From: Mobula hypostoma
Lineage: Eukaryota
Assembly: GCF_963921235.1 (NCBI RefSeq)
Contig: NC_086097.1
Coordinates: 169,758,001 to 169,822,000 of the forward strand
DNA length: 64,000 nt
Direction of reading: 5' to 3'
A program made the position numbers and the translations under genes. Numbering within the stretch: the first letter of the stretch is position 1; each line of letters begins with the position of its first letter. Under the pieces are notes generated by a model. That model had not been told where the DNA came from. It made no database searches and saw nothing but the letters and a program-made list of their open reading frames with translations. Below are positions 52,401-64,000 of the stretch, piece by piece.

Positions 52401-52860
52401 TGTGGAGAAAGAGGTAGAATGTGATACCTTCACTGTGAAACAGGTTACTCTAGTCTTGGACAAGAAAATGACAATTAGATGAAAGAAAGCAATGTTTGTA
52501 TCTATGCTCTATTGCTCTGACTTTATGATTGCATTTTATTGAACAAACTGCAGTTAAGTGGCCTCTTGGAGGGCACTCATTAAACAATAAACTGTTTTGA
52601 GTAGAGACAGTTATACTCTGTATTACCTCTGCTTGTGTTATCATTCTTGCTCCTACCCCTTCCCCCAACCACTCACTCTGATCTCCTGTGCATATATATT
52701 GTAAAGTTTGAAGTGACGTAACACCTTTCCAAGATCAGTGTACTTCATTGTATTAGAGATGAGGAACAGAGTCAAAGGTTTGTGAAAATACTGCCATCCA
52801 CTGGCTGTGCAATCATTGTTTTATTAGAACCAGAGTAAAATCCTTATACTTTCTTCCTAG

Positions 52861-52898
52861 GTATATACTTGGTGTTTGCATTTGAGAAACAACCATAA
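52861..52898 (+). CDS. RNMT: RNMT coding exon 10 (SIYLVFAFEKQP-stop)
   Basis: Conserved C-terminal YLVFAFEK; acceptor ctag; TAA at 52896-52898. Confidence 0.96.
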
Positions 52899-53316
52899 GC
52901 AAATCCTTTTTATTTGCTGGGAACTTCGCTGGAACCTGAAGGTGTGATAAAGGAGATAACGATAGAAGTTGATCCTTTCGAAGACAGTATTTTAAGAATG
53001 CTAGTTATGCCTATTGGGTACTGATGCTATTTTAGATTGTGGATTCAAACTGAAGTCCCTGATGATCAACGCACAGTTATTTGCTGCACACGAAGCAATG
53101 TCCTGATGGAATGTGTCATTTAAAAAAAATCTTTGTACTATACTTATTGTTTTAGTTGCAAGCATATATTTTTGTTAAAAAAAATTGAATACTGAGCTTT
53201 TTACATTTTACTTTTTAATGTAGGATGGTCCTTCTGGAAATATTAGAAAAGTAGGTCAGTTGGTGATTTCATCATCATCATTATGTGCTGTGTCATTTGG
53301 TGATTACAAACTCTAA

Positions 53317-53322
53317 AATAAA
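53317..53322 (+). terminator. Candidate RNMT polyadenylation signal
   Basis: AATAAA ~420 nt after the stop, followed by GT/T-rich sequence; further AATAAA at 54038 and 54183. Confidence 0.5.
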
Positions 53323-54944
53323 AATCTCACTGCTGTTTGAGTTTTTGAACATGCGTACTGGGATAGGGTAGTGTAGATACTTTCTGCCTGCATTTTGTAG
53401 GAAAAATTATTTGTTGGCACCATTTAAATTATTTACTTGTCATCCTGCTACTGTGATCCTGAAGTAGTTTGGGCTCCATGCCCTTCCTGTTTATACTTTT
53501 ATGGTGTTATCTACTTTTATTATTTCTCCCCAACCCTTTGTAAGAATGACCATTTTCTTTGACTCCTTCCTCAAAACTTACTGTGTAGTTTTTGAAAGAC
53601 TAACATAATCTTCATGGACGGTGGTTCCAGTCTTGGGCATCATAGGCCAATGTCTGATGTAGCAATAATGGAAGCTGTTGTTTTATTGGCTCCATGCCAT
53701 TAAGCATTTGATTAATTTCTTGGATGTTCTACTTTTTGTAAACAGTTTTATAAACTGCTGACTTTTAGGTTTTATTTTCCAATCCTGCCTTTAGAATGCT
53801 GAACAAATATGAACTTCGTGGAGCATACACATGCTCACCAGTTTTAACTGGGACTTCCCTGTTTCCTATAGAATATTTTATTCTCCACTGCCACGTTGCC
53901 ATCTATAAACTATGGCTTCTCTAAAGTAAATTCTTGTCAAAAATATTTAAAGATATAAATGTAATATCTTTGGTTTTCCTTGTAGGAACATAGAAGTGGT
54001 CAAATGTAATGCAGAAAATCAGTTGTGGTAGTGTCTGAATAAATTTTGAACTCTCACTATGAATGTTCCAAAGACATTGTGCAGTTCTTTTGTTGGAACA
54101 AATCGATATTATGATGCATAAATATATTTTACAGATTTATAAGCTGTTACATTTCTTTTGTCATTTAAATTATTTCCTCATGAATAAATTTTGCAGTTGG
54201 CATTGGATCATTGGCCTACAGTCTATAGTATCAGGCTCTTTTCGAATTATCTAGTGCTTATTGTTCTTGATCACCCTGCATTTCCTTTTATTAAAACCCA
54301 ATCAATTAATGTAAAACATTTACACAGCATGGATTATCCAGTTAAAATGAATGACCACAAGCACTATATCTGTTCCTCACCTCCTTAAGTCTTGCCAAGG
54401 ATAACAAAGTTTACATCAGCTGATTGGGTTCCACCTTGAGGTGGTATACCATTTTACCTGTGGGAGACATGATCATAGTGATGTAATTAGGTAATGTTAG
54501 ATTGATTCTCTGCATTGGAAAGATGTTAATGCAGCATCATTCCAACTTACCCTCCCTTTGTTTCTCTGGGCTTTTTCATTATGATAAATACACATGACTT
54601 CCAAATTCCTATCAATTTGTTCAGCCTCAGCCATTTTAAATCAAGTTATAAGTACATCAATATCTGCTTCAAGGGAACAGTGGGAGGATCAAAACCATTG
54701 ATTCTGACCATCTCATCTCCCTGTCCCTAGCTACTTACAAGTTACTTGAAAGAAGTAACATGAAACCTTGCTTCAGGGTGTCAATTTGCAATGGGTGCGA
54801 ATTTACTAATCTAGAACTGCAACTGTTTTGTATTTGCAGGTTCACAGGGTTTCTTTACTAATGTATTCCACTGAAGCTCACATCTGTAAGCAAAGCCCCA
54901 GCCACAAAATAAGCTTTAAGTAAAACCAGAACATATGTCCTGAA

Positions 54945-57260
54945 CATGAGAAATTCTGCAGATGTTGGAAATCCAAAGCAACACACACAAAATGCTGGAG
55001 GAACTCAGCAGGCCAGGCAACATCTGTGGAAATGAATAAACGGTTGATGTTTTGGGCTGAGAACCTTCAGGACTGGAAAGGAAGGGGGAAAACACCAGAA
55101 TGAAAAGATGGGGGGGGGGTGGAAGGAGGATAGCTAGAAAGTGATAGGTGAGCTAGGTGGGTAGGAAAGGTAAAGGGCTGGAGAGGAAGAAATCTGATGG
55201 GAGATGAAAGTAGACCATAGGAGAAAGGGAAGGAGGAGGGGACCCAGTGAGAGATGACAGGCAGTTGAGAAGAGGTAAGAGGCCAGATTGGGGAATAGAA
55301 GGAGGGGGAGGGAATTTTCTTTAATCAGAAAGGGAAATCAATATTCATGCCAACAGGTTGGAGGCTACCCAGATGGAATATAAGGTGTTTCTCCTCCACC
55401 CCGAGGGTGGCCTCATCGTGGCACAAGTGGAGGCCATGGACCAACGTGGTGGAACAGGAATGGGAATCAGGCCGGGAGGTTCTGTGTTTGCCGAGTGGAG
55501 CGGAGGTGCTCTCTGAAGCAGTCCCTCAACTTAAGACGGTTCTTATCAATGTAAAGGAGCTTGCCTTACCTCTCGGGGTAGCTATGGGCCCAGACGAGCC
55601 CGCCTTTTTGTTGGCTACACAGAACAGTCCGTGTTCCAACTCTTCCTCTTCCTCTGCTGTATTGACTGCACTTGTGCTGCTTCATGCACCCATGCTGAGC
55701 TTGTCAATTTCATCAACTTCACTTCCAACTTCCACCCTGCCCTTAAATTCACTTGGTCCATTTCTGATACCTCCTATCCGTTGATCTCTCTATGTCTCCA
55801 TCTCTGGAGATAAACTGTTGACTGACATTTTTCATAAACCTACCAATTCCCACGATTATCTTGACTATATCTTTTCCCACCCTGTCGCTTGTAAAAATAC
55901 TTCTCCTTTTTCTTAGTTCCTTTGTCTGCCTCATCTGTTCCGAGGATGTGACTTTCTATTTGGGGACTTCAGAAATGTTCTTCAAAGAACAGGGTTTCCC
56001 TTCCTCACTTAAGGCGCTGTCCTCACCTCCATCTTCTCCATTACCCGAACATTGAGCTCACCCTATCTTCCTCCCTCCGGAACGGTGACAATGATTTTCT
56101 TGTCCTTACCTGCCACCCCATCAGCCTCCGCACCCAACATAATTCTCTGCAATATCTGTCTTCTCTAAAAGGATTCTACCACAAAACATACCTTTACCTT
56201 GCCTCCTCTTCCCGCAGGGATCACTCCCTCCCTCTGTGATTCCGTTGTCCATTCATCCCTCCTCTCTAACTTCCCTCTCGGCTGGTAACCCTGCGAGTGG
56301 CCAAAGTGCTGCACCTGCCCCTTCACTCCTCCCTTTCCTCCATTCAGGGCCCCAAACAGAACTATCAGGTGAGGCAACACTTCACATGCGAATCTGCTGG
56401 GGTCGTTGATTGCGTCTGATGCTTCTGATGCAGCTCCTCTACATTGGTGAGACCCGTCGTCAATTGGGGGACTGCTTTGTTGAGCTCCATTGCTCCATCC
56501 ACCAAAAGTGGAATTTCCCGGTGGCCAAACATTTTAATTCTCATTCACAGTCCCGTTCGGACATGTCGGTGCACGGCCTCCTCCTGTTCTACAATGAGAC
56601 CATACTCAGGGTGGAGGGGCAACATCCTATATTCTGTCTGGGTAGCCTCCAAACTAATAGCATGAATATTGATATCTTCCAACGAGAAGAATTTCCCTCC
56701 CCCTCCCCTCCTCTTCTATTCCTCTGGCCTCCCATCTCTTCTCAAATGCCTATCACCTCACCCTGGGTTTCTGGGTCTGCCCACCTTCCCTTTCTCCTAT
56801 GGTTCACTCTCCTATCAGATTCTTCCTCCAACACTCACAACATGCTGGAGGAACTCAGCAGGTCAGGCAGCATCCGTGGGAAAGATCGGTCAACGTTTTG
56901 GGCCTTCTCTCTTCAGTCCTGACGAAGGGTTCCGGCCGGAATCGTCGCCCCATCTTTTCCACGGATGCTGCCCGACCTGCTGAGTTCCTCCAGCGTGTTG
57001 TGAGTGTTGCTTTGACCCCAGCATCTGCAGATTATTTTGTGATTAAGATTCTTCCTCCAGCCTTTTACCTTTCCTACACATCTGGCTTCACCTATCACCT
57101 TCTAGCTATCCTTTCCCTCTCCTCACCTTTTTATTCTGGCATCTTTCCCCTTCCTTTCCACTCCTGATGAAGGGTCTCAGCCTGAAATATCAACTGTTTA
57201 TTCATTTCCATAGATGCTGCCTGACCTGCTGAGTTCTTCCAGCATTTTGTGTGTGTTGAT
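54945..57260 (+). mobile_element. Penelope-like element with inverted 5' segment
   Basis: 54945-~55560 is the reverse complement of the 3' region; then + strand GVAMG, NFHPALKFTWSISD, LLYIGETRRQLGD..VAKHFN and terminal repeat. Confidence 0.85.
56831..57045. mobile_element. Palindromic PLE mini-element nested in a PLE, 14-bp TSD
   Basis: agattcttcctcca at 56817-56830 and 57046-57059; inverted arms; central CTGACGA..GAATCGTC. Confidence 0.85.
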
Positions 57261-58079
57261 ATAAATTTTTCGAAACCTAATTTGCTCTTGTATGAGTTCT
57301 AAAGTCTAATGGCAAATTATACTCCTTATTTTTATTTCAGAATCTGGTTTATTGTCACTGACACATGTTTTGTGGCTGTATTTCTGTGCAAAGCATAAAC
57401 AATTTCTATAGGTACAATAAAAAAGTGCAAAAGAGAAATAGCGAGGTAGTGTTCATGGATTCATGGACCATTCAGAATTGTGACGTGGAGGAGAAAAAGC
57501 TATTCCTAAAACATTAAATGCAGGTCTTCAGGTTCCTGTACCTCCTGCCTGATGGCAGTAATGAGAAGGGGGTGGTGAGGATCCTTAATGATGGATGCCG
57601 CCTTCTTGAGGCACTGCCTTTGGATGACGTCCTTGTCGCAGATCAACAGATCTCAGAAAACTTGCACTCATTCCTCAATCACACTTTATTTACTTGTGCA
57701 CAAAGTGAACAGTGTGACCCCTGTCACCAAACTGTTCTAACGCTTGAACAAATAAAATGCAATTTTTACACAGAAATTAACTAGTTTGTGATCTTGTACA
57801 TGTTCAAATTCCTTATTTGCATAATCAATTACCAATCATACTACAGTAATACAGGTATTAATAACCAATAGAAACTGCGAGCTAATAATATTTGGTACCT
57901 TAGAGTTGGTAAAGTAATTGTCCTATAGCTATCGTGTGTATCCTTTGTGCATCTTTACCTTGTCCGGGTATTCAGAACAGCTTGAGCCCAATGCTGTGCA
58001 AAGGGAAGCTATGGTCTCAATGTCCTTTCTTGCCTTGCTTCACAGCATACTATTCTGTAAACTATGTTTGCCTGCACAT

Positions 58080-58975
58080 TGGCTCACTTCCTCAAACCTT
58101 AGGTACAACCTGAGATACAACATCTGCAGAAACTCTCTGATGACTCTGCAATAGTTGGGTGTGTAAAGGGAGGACAGGAGGATGAAGACAGGGCCCTGTT
58201 GGAGGACTTTGTCAAATGGTGCAAGCTAAATCATTTGCAGCTCAACAACAGTGAGACAAAGGAGATGGTGATGGTCTTTATGAAGACTAAGTCTGTACTG
58301 CTCCCTGTTACTATCGCTAGTGAGGACGTGGATGTGGTGAAGACCTACAAGTACCTGGGGGTGCACTTGCATGACAGACTTGAATGGAGCACCAACACTG
58401 AGGCTGTGTATACAAGAAGGGTCAAAGGTACTTCTACTTCCTGAGGAGACTGAGGTCCTTTGGAGTATGCAGGCCTCTCCTTCACATGTTCTACCAGTCT
58501 GTTGTCACCAGTATGATCTTCTATGCGGTGGTGTGCTGTGGCAATGGCATCAACATGGTGATGCCAACAAGCTCAATAAACTGATTAGAAAGGCTAGCTC
58601 TGTTATAGGAGTCAAACTGAACACACTGGGGGCTGTGGTAGAATAAAGGACCCTGTGGAAACTCCTGGCAATTCTGGACAATGTTTCTCAGCCTCTGCAT
58701 GCCACCTTGGCTGAACAGGAGCACTTTTAGTAAAAAAAAATAAGACAACTGTGCTGCTCCAAAGAGTGCTATATGAGGTCATTCTCACCTTCGGCCACTA
58801 GGCTCTATAATGAGTCAACCTACAGCCGGGGAAGTGATGACCCTCTCCTGATAGACTGTTTGTGGTAACTTGCTTTTTTTATTCTTTCTAGTTCTCTTCT
58901 AATATTTGTATCTGTGCACTTGTAACGCTACTGTGACACTGTAATTTCCTCTGGGATCAATAAAGTATTTATTAT
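58080..58975 (+). mobile_element. Rex1/Babar-like LINE 3' fragment
   Basis: QKLSDDSAIVG, KTYKYLGVHL, 3' ctgggatcaataaagta. Confidence 0.85.
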
Positions 58976-59359
58976 CTTTGCCCTTGCCTTGTCATGACAT
59001 CTGCACCCTTGATGGTGGGTGGTTTGTGCCTGTAATGGAGCTGCCTGAGTCTAAAATCCTCTGCAGCCTCGTTCAATCCTGCGCATGCCAGGCGGAGACG
59101 CACCCATGTCAGAGTGCTCTCCGTGGTACATCTGTGGAAATTGCTTGACTTTGAGGATGTACCAAATCTTTTCAAACTCTTAATGAATTATAACTGCTTG
59201 GCATGCCTTCTTGGTGATTGCATCAATGTGTTTGGCTCAGGATAGGTTCTCTGTGATAGATAGATACTTTATTGATCCCAAAGGAAATTACAGTGTCACA
59301 GTAGCATTACAAGTGCACAGATATACAAGAGAAGTAAGAAATAATAAAAAAAGGACCTC

Positions 59360-62010
59360 AAACACAAAAAAATCTGCAGACGTTGGAAATCCAAGCAACA
59401 CACACAAAATGCTGGAGGAACTCAGCTGGCCAGGCGACATCTATGGGAAAAAGTACAGCCGATTCCTTCGCCGTGCCTACTTCTTTGACAAGGACTCTCC
59501 ACCCCACAGCGATGGCCCCTTCTCCCGTCTACAACCCTCCTCCTCTTCCTGGACGTCTCCAGACCGAGACCCCTGTTGCCGCTGACTCCATCCTTGACCG
59601 ACAGCACCTCCAGCTGGGATCCATGCGCTGCCCGTCTCTCCTTCCCCCGCTAGCACTCTGAAATCCCACGTCTCTCAAGTCCCACCGCCAACTTTTAGGT
59701 CCTCGGAAACTCCGTCTTCCTCTCACCCCACCTTCCCTGAACACTCCAACCCTCCCCTCTCCTCTGACACTACCTACACCCTTCCCCCCTCTGATCCCAG
59801 CTCTCATCCATGCCGGATCTTCTCCATCCCCTCCAACCTTCCCCTCACTGAGGCAGAATGTTCTGTCATCAGTAAGAGCCTCACCTTTGTCCCCGTGTCC
59901 ACACTTCAGCGAGTTCCGTGCTCGCCATGAAGCTGAGCTCTTCTTCTGGCACTGTCTCCGAGCCTACTTCTTTGGCAAGGACTCCCCACCCCGCACCGAT
60001 GACCCCTTTTCCCGTCTTCAACCCTCCTCCTCTTCCTGGACACCTGGCTCTGGATCTTTTCATTACCAACAGCTGACAAGACGTCAACTGTCTCGACTTC
60101 ACCACTCCTCTCTCCAATCCTAACCTCACTCTGTCTGAACACACTGCTCTCCTCTGTCTTTGCTCCAATCCTAACCTCATCATCAAACCTGCAGACTGGG
60201 GGTGGGGGGTGCTGTAGTAGTCTGGCAGACTGACTTCTACCTTGCTGAGGCCCAGCAACAACTGTCAGACACCTCCTCTTATTTACCCCTCGAACAAGAT
60301 CCCTCTAAGGAGCACCAGGCCATTGTCTCCCACACCGACTTTATTAGTTCTGGGCACCTCCCATCCTCTGTCACCAACCTCATCATTCCCTTACCCCGCA
60401 CCTTCTGTTTCTACCTCCTACAAACCTGCCTGTCCAGATAGACCCATTGTTTCAGCTCATTCCTGCCCCACTGAACTCTTACTTGCATACCTCGACTCTG
60501 TTTTATCCCCCCGGTTCAGTCCCTTCCTACCTTATACGTGACACTTCACACAATCTTGACCTTTTCAATGATTTCAATTTCCCTGGCCTCCATCATCTTA
60601 TTTTCACTATGGATATCCAGTCCCTATTTACCTCCATACCCCACCAGGAAGGCCTCAAAGCTCTCCTCTGTCTAGCAGACATTTAATAATTTTTCTTTTG
60701 GTTCCTCCCACTTCCTTCAAACAAGAGGTGTAGCCATGGGCACTCACATGGGTCCTAGCTATGTCTGCCTTTTTGTTGACTAACGGAACAGTCTACGTTC
60801 CAAGCCTACACTGGTGTCACTCCCCCACCTTTCCTACATTGACCACTGCATTGGTGCTGCGTCCTGCACCCAAGCCAAGCTCGTCAACTTCATCAACTTT
60901 GCCTCCAACTTCCACCCTGCCCTCAAATTTAACTGGTCCATTTCTGACACCTCCTTCCCCTTTTTCAATCTCTCTGTCTCTATCTCTGGGACAGCTTATC
61001 CACTGATACCTATTACAAACCCACTACCTGGTTTATACCTCTTCCCACCCTGTTACTTGTAAAAACACCATCCCCTTCTCTCAATACCCCCATCTCCACC
61101 GTATCTGCTCTCAGGAGGAGGCTTTTCATTCCAGAACGAAGGAGATGTCCTCCTCCTTCAAAGAAAGGGGCTTCCCTTCCTCTACCATCAGTACTGCCCT
61201 CAGCTGCATCTCTTCCATTTCACACATGTCTTCTCTCACCCCATCCTCCTGCCACCACGCCAGGGATAGGGTTCTTCTTGTCCTCCCCTACCACCTCACC
61301 AACCTCTGTGTCCAGCACATAATTCACTGTAACTTCCACCATCTTCAGTGGGATTTCACCACCAAGCACATCTTTCCCTTGCTCCCCTCCCCAACTTTAT
61401 GCCTTCCGTAAGGATCACTCCCTTTGCAACTCCCTTGACCAGTCGTCCCTCCTGGCTCTTATCCTTGCAAGTGGAACAAGTTGCCCCTACACCTGCCCCT
61501 ACATCTCCTCCCTCACTACCATTCAGGGCTCCTATCAGTCCTTCAAGGTGAGGTGACACTTCACCTGTGAGTCTGTGGGGTCATACACACTGTGTCTGGT
61601 GTTCCCGGTGTGACCTCTTGTATATAGATGAGACCCAATGTAGATTGAGAGACCGCTTCGCCAAGCACCCATGCTCCATCTGCCAGAAAAAGTGGGATCT
61701 CCTAGTGGCCTCCTCTGCTGTTGTGATGAGGCGACACTCAGGTTGGCAGAGGAACACCTTTTCTTCTCTCTGGATAGCCTCCAAAGAGATCGCGTGAACA
61801 TTGATTTCTCAAACTTCTGGTAATGTGCCCCACCCCTCTATTCCCCACCCCCTTTTCTCTCTCTCTCCTTATCTCTTTGGCTGCCCATCACCTCCCTCTG
61901 TGCTCCTCCCCCTTTTCTTTCTTCCATGGCCTTCTGTCCTCTCCTATTAGATTCCCCCTTCTCCAGCCCTGTATCTCTTCCCAATCAACTTCCCAGCTCT
62001 TTATTTCACC
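59360..62010 (+). mobile_element. Long decayed Penelope-like element (RT + GIY-YIG)
   Basis: IIKPAD..GAVVVW, RPIVSA, IRDT, FTMDIQSLFTSIPH, QTRGVAMG, YIDHCIG, HPALKF, CSRCDLLYIDETQCRLRDRFAKH; preceded by inverted terminal-repeat piece 59360-59458. Confidence 0.88.
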
Positions 62011-62769
62011 CCTACCCCCATGATCACCCATGTCTTAGGAAAGCAGCTGGCATCATCAGGGCCCCTATTATCTGGGCCATTCCCCCTTCTCACTGCTGCT
62101 ATCAGGAAGAAGGTACAGGAGTTTCATTCTGAAGCACGACTCTTCCCACCTTCAGGTTGGAGCTCTCAACCACATATATTTGTAGCATGTCTGCTCTCAT
62201 CCCTTCTCCCCAGGACAGAGCAAAGATAAAGTTCCCATGGAACTTATTTTCCATCCCACTAGCCTTCACAATTAATGTATTATCCTTTGTATTTTCAGCC
62301 ATTTCCAAAATTAAACTCCCACTTTCCTCTCTCTTTTCCATTTCTTGTTTCATGAGTCAGTTCTCACTTTGTGATTCCCTGGTACACACTTCCTACCCCA
62401 CCCACCACTCCCTGGCCACAGCAGCCGCTGATGTAACTGGAGAAGATACAACTCCAGTTCATCACGCTCTTTCCACCATCCAGGGACCCAAACATTCCAA
62501 GTGAAGCAGCTGGATTACTCTTGCAAAGAACTTCTCCTTCTCCTCATCTCCTTCTTTACCTAGAACGGAAGGCTGTAGTTAGAGGTAGAGATTGGCTAAT
62601 TGGACTTATTCACACTAGAATGTGGAAGGCTGCTGAGAAGGTTATAAAAGTATGAGATGCAAATTCTAGAATCAATAGTTAGAGTCTTCATCCCAGGGCA
62701 GGGTGTCTTGAACAAACAGGTTTATGGTGTGAAGAAGAAACATAAGGGGTAAGTAAACTTTTCACACAA

Positions 62770-63290
62770 CTGATGGAATGCCAGCAGCTATACTTCATTA
62801 AGAGTTTGAGGAGATTTAGTAATGCCACCAATATCTCTAACAAATTTCTACCAATGTACCATGGAGAGCATTCTGACTGGTTGCATCACCAGCTGGTATG
62901 GAGGCTCCAATGCACAAGATTGAAGGAAGTTGTACAGTGTTGTAGACAATGGAGGGCATCTTCAAAAAGTGGTGTCTCAAGAAGGATCATCTGTCACTAA
63001 GGTTCCTCACCATCTTGTACATGCCCTCTTTCTCATGACACTATCATGGACAAGGTACAGGATCCTGAAGAGCCGCACGCAATGTTTCAGAAACAGCTTC
63101 TTCTTCTCTGCCATCAGATTTCTGAACAGTCCATGAACACCTGAACACTATACATCTTTCAAACTGTTTATTTGTTTACTTATTAAGTTATGGTAATGTT
63201 TATATCTTGCACTGTACTGCTGCCACAAAATGACAAATTTCATGACATATGTCAGTGGTAACAAACCTGATCCTGATTCTGATTTTGATT
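62770..63290 (+). mobile_element. Decayed Rex1/Babar-like LINE 3' fragment
   Basis: QQLYFIKSLRRF, FRNSFFFSAIRFLN, (tctgat)n-like tail. Confidence 0.75.
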
Positions 63291-64000
63291 AATGATTATA
63301 ATGAGAGGATGTCAGGGTAGAGGTACGTCTCTACCAAAGGAGGTTTAAAGTAGTTCTTCCCTACTCTAGTCTGCAGGTTACCCTTGGGTATGGTGTAGCA
63401 CCTGCTTAGCCCTTTTGATCAGGGTCACCAGAAGCCATGGGAGCAGGTGGTATATGGTCACGTGAGCAGCTGGTGCATATCACAAGTCCTGGTTATGTGA
63501 CCAATAACGCCAGGCAGACAATTCCTGAATGGCAGAGATGTCCTGTATTGTAAAGACACTGCCCAGAAGAAGACAATGCCAAACCACTTCTGTAGAAAAA
63601 TTTACAAAGGAAAATCATGGTCATGGAAACATTATTATCACCCATGTCATATGACACAGCACGTAATGAATGAACAATTGTAACTAGGTGCTGGAGGGGG
63701 TGGTGGAGACAAGTATATTTATAATATTTAAAAGGTGTTTTGTTAGCTAATTGGGTAGTAAAGGTATAGATGGACAAGACCTAATGGAAGCAAAAGGGGT
63801 TAGCAGATAGCCATCATGCTCAGCATAGACAAGGTTGACTAAGAGGGCCTGTTTCTATGCTGTAATTTTTTGTGATTTCATAGCTCTTTTGTATTACTTT
63901 TGTGTTGGGCACCAACTATTGAATATTGGAGACACAAAAAGCTGCAGATGCTGGAAATCTGGAGTAATACATGTAAAACCAAAGGAAATATGATTCAGCA

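Noticed and set aside
53000..64000. Melanocortin receptor gene expected downstream from human synteny
   Set aside because: No GPCR-like ORF visible; the region is 3' UTR-like sequence followed by repeats

Overview
Eukaryotic (vertebrate) genomic DNA. The repeat repertoire suggests a cartilaginous fish, probably a ray or skate (inference). There is one supportable host gene: RNMT (mRNA cap guanine-N7 methyltransferase) on the + strand. It has 10 coding exons from 15016 to 52898, all with GT-AG introns and consistent phases, giving 1173 nt or 390 aa. The gene starts in a CpG island and has a ~2.9 kb C-rich minisatellite in intron 1. Most of the remaining sequence is decayed mobile DNA: CR1, L1, Rex1/Babar-like, HERO-type and RTE-like LINEs, tRNA-derived SINEs, solo LTRs, a hAT element, a Tigger/pogo transposon and many Penelope-like element (PLE) pieces. 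The most notable hidden signal is a set of PLE-type minimal hammerhead ribozyme motifs. One has an intact core and sits in a 113-bp insertion flanked by a perfect 21-bp target-site duplication (TSD). Others lie in short palindromic, TSD-flanked mini-elements. Repeat boundaries without a stated TSD or terminal inverted repeat (TIR) are approximate, and family names come from motif recognition, not database searches.
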